The notes beneath the pieces are model-generated. The model saw only the letters and a list, made by a program, of their open reading frames with translations. It searched no databases and was not told the DNA's origin. Of a DNA stretch of 64,000 nt, positions 55,006-64,000 are shown one piece after another. The DNA lies in NCBI RefSeq assembly GCF_009914755.1, contig NC_060927.1; one strand, given 5' to 3'. The position numbers and the translations under genes are program-made. The stretch comes from the human T2T-CHM13v2.0 reference genome, Homo sapiens. Each line of letters begins with the position of its first letter. Position 1 is the stretch's first letter.

Positions 55006-55772
55006 TGTCATTTGAGTGGTTTCTAAGACATGGTTGATTTTCCTGCAAAATGGGAATATTATAGTCATATAGAATTGTTGCAGAGGCTAAATCACCTTAT
55101 CAAATCAACTGGAACATAATAGACATTCAGCAAAATATTTAAAAAAGTGATATTAATAAGAGCCCATTATTATGTTAGGCATTGTGAGAAATACAAATTA
55201 AGTATTGGAGACAATATGATCTAACTTAGAGTATGACCTCATTATTTATCCATTGTTGTGTCCACAAGAATAGCTCCTAATAAGTTGTCTAGAAATCAGG
55301 CAAGAGGGTAAATAATTAGAAATTAAAATTAAATTGTATATTTCACTAAATATCCTTACTTTTTATGATAGAGTCCTGGAAACTATGCTATAGAAGAGAT
55401 TATCACAAAGCAAATCATACTCCAAGAAGTGGACAATTGTGAATGTTTTATCACTGCCAAGGACTAAGAACAAAATAAGTTATATTTGGAATCAACACAT
55501 TTATTTCTTCATATATAGCCCAAGACAGGTAAATGAATAAAACAAGCTCTGCAAATCAAGGACTAAAAATAAAACAAGTAAAATATAGCCCACTACGTAT
55601 AAAAAAATAAAACAAGCTCTGCAAATCAGAAATCTAATCCAGACTCCCCAGGTGAATGTCTCTCTCCACAGATGAGAGAGCAGACCTGGAGAGTTTGAAA
55701 TGTTTAGAAATTTTGAGCTGTGTAGCATCTCCCTTTTAGAGCAAGAAAGAAAGTCTTTTAAAAATTTATTTT

Positions 55773-56040
55773 GCCGGAAGTGGTGGCCATGCCTGAAATC
55801 CCAGGATTTTGTGAGGATGAGGCAGGAGGATTCCTTGGCCAGGAGTTTATAGCAAGACCCCATCTCTGCTAAAAATTTAAAACATTAACCCAGCTTTGAG
55901 GCACGCATCTGTAGTCCCAGCTACTCAGGAGTCCCAGCTACTCAGAAGGCAGACACAGGAGGAACCCTGGATCCCAGGAGTTTGGGGTTTCAGTGACAAA
56001 AAACAAAACAAAACAAAAAACAAACAAACAAAAAAAAAAA
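55773..56040 (+). mobile_element. Degraded AluJ-like element with internal deletions
   Basis: 'gaggcaggaggattccttggccaggagttt...agcaagaccccatctct...ctgtagtcccagctactcagga', (AAAAC)n tail. Confidence 0.8.
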
Positions 56041-57664
56041 CAGAAGAGTGATGAAGGCACTTGTCCCACAGTTTGGTGAGGAGATTTTCCCTTCCTAGTT
56101 TTGAAGAGGATTTTGTAGCCAAATATTCCTTTAGTTATCTCTGAACTACTTCCAATTATCATTTTCCCTAAATCTTCCCATTTATGTCAGTATTTATATT
56201 ATAATAGCTCAAACAGACTTCAGAATAGAATGTTTAAATAGAGTTTAAAGTCTTGGATTACTCCCTATAGTCTATAAAATGAAATCAGATTTCTTTGGTA
56301 TTTTACCCAAGTGTGCTAGCCTAACCTGGCTATGCAAATATATGCAATTCTCTGAACCGTCCTTCCTTTTCATGCCACCAGGCCATTGATAACACACATC
56401 TTTAGTTAAAATGTTTTTGCCTCCCAATATTCCCCTGGCTCATTTCTTCTGTTCTTCAGGACTTAGTTCAGGTATTTTATTCCAGTTCACATTTTAAAAA
56501 TAGTAAGTTAGGTGCCCCTTCCTTTTTCTGTGCAAATATAGCACTGCATTTTATGATAGCTAACTTTATCTTGTTCTCACAACTGTCTTTTATCTTGGTA
56601 TTCTCAGATAAATAGATACTCAAACAATGTCCAATATCACAAATATAATTAGATATTAAAACCTGAGTTTTTTCACCTTTAGTCTAGTTTACTTTTTACT
56701 CAACCATACTTATCCAAATATGGATATAAATGACCTCTATTTTCTAATTCTTAAGATAATCCGAATCACCTGCATAAAGATTATAATTACCTGTAATTAT
56801 AGGTTTATACTTTAAAAATTCTTACACTAGCTATAATCAACAATAACTTAACCTGCCTTGGGATTAAATAAAAATCTGTGGCAATTGTTTCAAGGGTTGT
56901 GAAGAAATTTTGTCACATACATATGAAAATGTTATTTAATAATCCAGGAGCATAATAATAGGTGCTAAATACATGGAATAAGGCAGTAAGTTTTATGGTA
57001 TGAGAGGAGATAGAAAAATCTTCAGCTGTGATGAATAGAAAAAGCTCAATTGAGAAAGTAAATAATGTTTAATTATTGGATGCTATATACACTTGAAAAG
57101 TTCACAAGGTGGTAGACAATTTTAGAGAATTGGGTAGTTACAAAAAGAGTGAAGAGAGGAAGAACAAAAGGTGAAAAATTAGAAGTTGCAAAATCTATTT
57201 TTGCGGTATACTTGCTCTGAAAAATGTTTAGGCCATCAAGGTAAATTACATTGAGTATATTTTCAATCAATTAATTTATACATATTTACTGAGGGCTTCA
57301 CTCTGGAACTTGGGCCAGGTTCCGCATTGCAGCATGTTTGCCAATGTGGCTAATGACATCTAAGTAAAGAAATCAGAGTGCAAATGATATCAGTTTAATC
57401 CTCCTTTTATCTTCAGCTATTTCATAATTTTGTAAATTTATGCAATCTCTTCAATGCAGATTTTTCATTCGTAATAAGAGATAAGCTTTTACATCTTTAA
57501 TCCCGCAAGTGGTGGGTTATACATCTATCCTGACCAAGAGAAAATCCAGAAACTTTTAATTCTGAAATTTTACGTCATGATACATCCCAGCTGATCACAT
57601 TGAGTAGGACAGAAAATAGGAAAACAGCAAAACAATTCATTTAAAATCACTGCGGTGATGATAT

Positions 57665-57800
57665 AGATTCATTAAACTATACTCAACCCATATTCAGTGA
57701 GCACCTAATATATGCCAGTACTCTATCTGGCATAGATGTACAAGATAAAACAAGTGATGCATGGCCCCTGCCTCAATGAATTTACACTCAAAGTGGCTAA
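57665..57800 (-). mobile_element. L2 3' end fragment
   Basis: 'tattcagtgagcacctaatatatgccagtactctatctgggcatagatgtacaagataaaacaag...ggcccctgcctcaatgaatttacactc'. Confidence 0.6.
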
Positions 57801-57964
57801 AATATGATGTGAAAGCAGTGAGCTGGATTCAGATCAAGCTTCACTAGGCATTTGGTTCAGCTGACCCACTAGAACTCTTCCAGCAAAAACATCTATTGGC
57901 AGCTCAGCTGGACTGCAGTTAGTGCAGTTTAATTGAGGCCATTTTTAATAAAATGGTAGGAATT

Positions 57965-58115
57965 TGTGGGTCAGATTCTATGGAAAGTAGAATCTAAGAC
58001 TTTGAGACTTGCATATGGGAGGTATATTGGGAACACTTTCAGGAATATCTGTGAAGAATAGGAAAGCACAACTGAGCAGGAAAAAAAAGAATTTTGATGA
58101 GGCTTCAATGAAGAA
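57965..58115 (-). mobile_element. LTR16-like ERVL LTR fragment
   Basis: 'gtcagattctatggaaagtagaatctaagac...gcatatgggaggtatattgggaacactttcagga'. Confidence 0.4.
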
Positions 58116-58364
58116 AAATTTCATAAAAATTAATAACATTTTCAATAAAGTGGCTACTTTTAATAAAATGTATTCATATCTGTGTGAGAGGCCATTTTCT
58201 TATCAATTTTGGCACATGATAATGAGAAAATAAATACTTTTTTTTCTAGGTCTGCTTTAAAATTTAATTCTACATTGAGACACTCTAATTGAGGTAAAGT
58301 GAATGTTGGGCTTGGTAACAGGTGATTACATATAACATATATATACATATAACAGAGATTATAT

Positions 58365-58460
58365 ATCTATTCCTGGGGCTGCCACTGAGTCAGTGGGTAA
58401 CTTGGAGCAAGATATTTACTCTATTTGAACTTACTTTTGAACTTAAATTCCTCACTTGTT
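58365..58460 (+). mobile_element. MIR fragment
   Basis: 'attcctggggctgccactgagtcagtgggtaacttggagcaagatatttactct'. Confidence 0.45.
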
Positions 58461-60427
58461 TGCCATATGAACTTCTAACTTTCCTTCTGCTTAAGAATTC
58501 TATAGGCCTTGAGATTCCCACAATAATCTATATTGTCAGTGTTCTTCTTCATTTGGGACTTCTTTAAGTATTTGCAGCCAACCTTAACATAGCAATTCTT
58601 TCATGCTTACTAAGGTTGATAGGTGTTGGATTTAGGAATACAGCTGAGGCAGTCTGAGACTGTTCTTTTCACATTGCCCATTGAGTAAGATGAGAAAATG
58701 TAGGATATTTTAAGAGGGTGAAGAGGATGCAGAGAACGTTTTTGTGAAACTAAATAATTGCCTTGGCCCACAATAAACAACTAGAGGTTAGGGACCCTGG
58801 CTTTTACTTGTTTTATTCTCCATAGTGATGAGCACACTAATGGAAATAATCAAACCTTAGTACAGTGTGCAGCTATTTTATAATATTAAGTACTATTAAA
58901 GACTTCTAATAAAGAAGCAGAGATTGAACTCTTAACAAAAGAAAATTCATTTTTTTAACAACCACCTATTGCCAATCTATAACATGCAGAAGACCGCTAC
59001 TACAATAATTTTGTCTTCACTCAACGGTTAGAAATATTTTTACCAGGGCTTATAGGATATTTCAAAACTAATTTTTAAAGAATGGACCTAAGTAAGCAAA
59101 TCTAAATTACATCTTGCACTAGTTACTATCTTTTTGTGTGTGGAAACCTGGTTGGCAGGGTTTATTTGGAACAGATGCAATCTTAACTTTGAAATCTTTT
59201 CAATCTCATATAACCCAAAAATGTATCTGTTGATTCAGCTCAGCAAGTTATGTTCACATTTATCAGCTTGTATTTCTGATCATGATGTCTAGAGAGTAAA
59301 ACTCTATGATACAATTACCTTTGAAGTGCAAGGAGCTGAATGTTGTAGTGGAAGCTGCACCCAGGCGCCTCTAGGGCAATGATTCAATTCAGCTACAACA
59401 GAAACCAAAACTAAGACTGAGTGTCATTATCTGCTTCTTATACATATTTTATAGTCATTGTACCGTGCAGAACTAAAATGGTGCTTATTTCAAGAAAACT
59501 GTGGGAATCAAGCTCCATTTTCAGTACAATATATGTCAATTTGGAGATTAAGGGAGAAATTCAACATATACTAGAAAATTCAACATATACTAGAAAAGCA
59601 TTGTGCAATCTGTCAAAAGCAGATTTTTTAAAATTCCTAGTGATCCATTTGCTCCTGAACTTGCCAATCTACATGATGCCAAGATTAAATTTTTTAAAGA
59701 GTTAAATTTAAATATTACATTAATGCAACATTAAGGTTGACATTTTTAATCATTAATAGTTCTAAGCCAAATAATTCAGTTACCTTTCACAGCCACTGTG
59801 CCACCAAGGCAAATTTATACGTGTTACTTTTCTAATAAATACAGCACAAAAATTGAACACGTGCATGCAAATCAAAATAGTTTTTCTCTTCAAGCAGCGT
59901 ATAATCCCCAGGACTTCTGAAATATAGTACAAAGCAAAAGGACAATTTCACTTTTATCAGGCTCATTTGATGAACATAGACAAATCCAGAAAGCCGACTT
60001 TTGGGAGCTGATTTTCTTTCTTAATATTTACCAAATAATTAATAACATTTTATTTATTTTACTATGCTAGATTTACTTAGCTATAGGGGCAGAGGTTAAG
60101 TACCTCATGTTTTGGTTAATTTATGTTTGACTGGGTAGTATTGTAAGATCCTGGCTTTTACATGAAAATAGAGATGACATGTACTGTTATAATCTATTTA
60201 TGAAAGCATTAGCTACAGAATATTGTGGCTACAGGTTAATAACTTAAGTGTTTTCAAGTATACCATGAATTAGCTCTCAAGTTGTTTGAAACAACCTATT
60301 TTTAGTTTATGTACTGAGTATTATTTTTTGTCTATCTATGATCTATTTTCCCCATTGTACCTCTTGAGTATTCTTTGTTTTTTATGAGTGTCTTTTTCTT
60401 TTCCATGGAGCCTATAAGCTTTAAACC

Positions 60428-60510
60428 TGCACTGTGCAATATAGTAGCTACTAGCCATGCCTGGCTATTTAAATTAAAATTGATTAAAATAAAATAAAAT
60501 AAAATAAAGA
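60428..60510. mobile_element. MER33-like hAT fragment
   Basis: 'ctgcactgtgcaatatagtagctactagccatgcctggctatttaaattaaaattgattaaaataaaataaaat'. Confidence 0.6.
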
Positions 60511-60550
60511 ATATATTACATATATGGATAAAGTTTAATCAAATATGTAT

Positions 60551-60551
<1 letters not shown>

Positions 60552-60585
<34 letters not shown>

Positions 60586-60604
60586 TACACACACACTCTC
60601 TCTC
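60552..60604. repeat. (TA)n(CA)n(CT)n compound microsatellite
   Basis: Directly visible. Confidence 0.9.
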
Positions 60605-61534
60605 ACCTACAATATTTGTCTATGTTGGGGATATAACCTAATTAACACTAATGTCAACATGAATTTGAGAAGTCTTTCTAGAAATGCTTGAAAAGGAAAA
60701 TCAAGTCTTTGATTTCCTCATCGAGTCTTCTGGACTAACAAATCCTGAAGCCTGCCCAACTTCTGGACTTCTCAGTGAGATGACTCCATCAATTCCTATA
60801 GTGTTTAATCCAAGTTTAAATTTTGTTTTGTTTTTAACTACTAACTACATTTAGATTGTTAGTAATAAAGTCCATAAATACTTATTTACTGCCTACTTTT
60901 ATTATCATTGTGGTAAGTAGTGGAGAAAATTATAAATACAAAATACTCATGAGCATACCTTGAAAGAGTTTGCCCTTTAAATGTAGAAAAAATAGATATC
61001 ACATATTTAGATATTAAATTGTGTAGAACAGGCTATAGTTACATTTAAAATTCATAAAGAAAGGAGGTTGGTGGGGCTAGAGTGTTCTTCAATTCCTAAA
61101 GGTGGTGGTCCAGCTAGACACAACGTTGAAGCATGATTTACACAAAAGCATGGATTGGCTGGAAGCAGAAGAGTTCATTCTAGAGGCCTCTCAGTTGGCA
61201 GTTCTGGCTAATAATAAACTAGCCTGTGATGAGCTCCACTAATAACAAAAAAATTACTTTTATACTCAATACTTCTTCAAATTTCAAAAATATGTAATGT
61301 ATTAGATAATTTCTCATCCTCATATCGAATGTCAAAGTGCAATTAAACATGAAAGCAGAAAGAGAATTTAGGCTTAAAAGTGGAGAAATATAAATGATTT
61401 AATATCTTTTGCTGTTATAAATCTTAGTCTATGATGACGAACATGTAAGGCAATAGCAACAATATTATACTTATAACATTAACTCTACTATTAAAATATA
61501 ATTAAAATGTTTTTAATAGTACTCATTACTTAAC

Positions 61535-61862
<328 letters not shown>

Positions 61863-62134
61863 TGAACTATTACAGATGAGAAGGCTAAAACTTTGAGTTT
61901 AGTAATTTGGCTGGGAATAGACAGTACGTGATAGTGTTTCTTAGCTATGAATGTTAAGAATGTACAGATTAATGAAAAAGTAACTTCAGTAGGGGAAATA
62001 TCAGAAATTTGGGCATTTAGAGCTTTTCTTGCCATTAAACACATGCTTTGGCAGAGATATTTTTTACTTTTCAGATATGCAACTTAAAAGTTTACATTTT
62101 TGTGTTCTTAAAAGCTTACCAGGTACTCTTAGAT

Positions 62135-62647
62135 TCCTACGGCAGAAAGACAGCCCCAGTGATCACAGTCTCCTCTGTGGCTTGCCTAGCAAATTGCTTC
62201 TAATTAATATGTTATAGCAAAGGTGATGGGATGTTACTTCTGTGATTAGGCTACAAGGGATTGTGATTTCTGTCTTGCTAACAGACTCTATCCCTTGCTG
62301 GCTTTGCTCAACTGCCATATGGAGAGGCCCATCTGGCAAGAAACTGAGGGCAGCCTCCTGTCAACAAGTGGTCAGGAACTGAGGTCCTCTGTGCAACAAC
62401 CCAGGAGGACCAGAATCCCATCAACAACCACATCAGCTTGGAAGCATATCCTTTCCCATCTGAATCTTCAAATTAGACCCCAGTGCTAAATTGTGCTTTG
62501 ATTGTAGCCTTTTGAAAGACCCTGAAGCAGAAGATCCAGCTTAGCCATGCCTAGATTCCTGACCTACAGTATCTACAAAATAATGTGTATTCTGTTAAGC
62601 CACTAAGTTTGTGGTAACTTGTTAGGTATCAATAGATAATTAATGTG
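62135..62647 (+). mobile_element. MLT1F-like solo LTR
   Basis: 'ggtgatgggatgttacttctgtgattagg', 'ggagaggcccatctggcaagaaactgagggcagcctcc', 'taagccactaagtttgtggtaacttgtt...aatagataattaat'. Confidence 0.8.
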
Positions 62648-64000
62648 ATTACCATATTTGATTATTGGAGAAACCTGAATAGAAGGTCAAGAGACATTGG
62701 CACTTCTGTTTTCCAGAGGAGAAAACCAAATTTCAGAAAAGTTATATAGATTATCCAATATGTCAAAATTGAAGCTATGATGAAATCCAAGATGCTTTTG
62801 AATATTATGTCCTGTGCTTGTCAGTTAGGCAATGCTTTGCACTGGGCTTGAATGTTTAAAAAATTGAATGGTATGTTTTACCTTGTCTATGGTAGAAAAC
62901 ATTTTTTTATTTGCATGACCTAAAAAATGTAAATCGTTTGATTTGAATATCTGATCTTGCCTTTAAATCAGTTCATCATAGTCACTTATTTCAATGTCCA
63001 ATCTCAGTGATCAGATTTTCATATAAACACAGCTGAAAGGTTTAAAATGGATTTTACAGATAGTCCTGACACCTCAGATTTTATTCTTCCAACTCAATAC
63101 CTGAAGCAGACATCTTCGTTACAATGGAGTTAGGCCCGTTATAATTAAATCCAGATGATGCATTAATATAAAAGCAGGTATATATGAGTACAAAAAGGTC
63201 AAGTGATGCAACCTGGATGCTATATTTGTGCTGGTTAGAAATAGGAATATAAGCCAATAATTATTTTGTACATATTTCCATTTAGGAGCCAGGCTGCAGC
63301 TAAGTGGAAGAGGAAAGTACTTTGCTAGTAGAGCAAAACTAGATAATTCACATTGAACAACATAACCTTCAACCTACTTCACCAAGTTTAGCCATTACAT
63401 TGATCAAGTGGCTGGATAATTACCTGGAGAGTTCACAGGTTGATGGTGTTGTAACATCATGCTCCAGCTATGGTAGTCAGAACACGGTATTAATATTAAA
63501 TGCAATTTCAGGAAACTTAGTTTCCTTGTTGATTTATTAACAATGATATTCAATACAGTATATGCTGTGATACAGTGCATAACAGGAAAAAATTTTGGTA
63601 ATTTTCTGATAAATACTATATTCTTTATATTTTCAATTTTCACACCTAAATTTATGTGATTACTGTGTGGTAAAAACCTTGTGATTATATTTTGAGCTTT
63701 CAAATCATCTTTTTACTATCCTTCTACTGATACCTGGTTTTATTCTGCTTCTGCCTATAAAGGTGTAATAAGTCTCTTCTTTATCTTTACTTCTAAAAAA
63801 AAGTCAATGACATAAGGATCCTTGAATTTGTACTGTAAGCAGAAGTCATTCGTAACTACTGTCACTTGCTTGTTTTGTTATAGTGCTTGTTTGTTTTTGC
63901 AACTGACCGTATTTTTCAGTAAATTGCCTTAAGTGATGATACTTAACCCTGGATATCCACGTTTAGGAATAAATTAATGATATAAAGGCATTCCATGGTT

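Noticed and set aside
59355-59380. Possible CTCF site 'ccaggcgcctctagggcaa'
   Set aside because: Spacing between AG and GGC is one base short of the core motif
59333-59400. Short complementary pairs agctgaat/attcagct and tgttgtag/ctacaaca suggesting a hairpin RNA
   Set aside because: Two 8-bp stems are mutually exclusive and in permuted order; no continuous pre-miRNA-like stem

Overview
AT-rich, CpG-depleted primate (human-like) intergenic or deep-intronic DNA. I can support no protein-coding gene, RNA gene or CpG-island promoter. Nearly all ORFs in the track are repeat-derived or chance ORFs. The window holds Alu (S and J types), L1 (L1PA4-like, L1MA, L1MB, L1ME), L2/MIR relics, MaLR/ERV LTRs (two THE1C-like proviruses, MST, several MLT1, MER21), old DNA transposons and microsatellites. 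The one gene-derived sequence is a 5'-truncated processed beta-tubulin (TUBB4B-like) retrocopy at ~17489-17925. The most structured region is 17.25-23.33 kb. There a 5'-inverted (twin-primed) L1MA8-like element contains a ~140-bp fold-back inverted duplication. The tubulin retrocopy sits at the centre of that palindrome, and a complete THE1C-like provirus inserted into the retrocopy's target-site duplication. Other notable items are an unexplained ~190-bp dispersed direct repeat (42.56 kb and 45.29 kb) and a compound pentanucleotide Alu tail. Repeat subfamily names are from remembered consensus sequences and need RepeatMasker/Dfam confirmation. I found no evidence of a new functional biological system; the notable findings concern mutation and insertion history.
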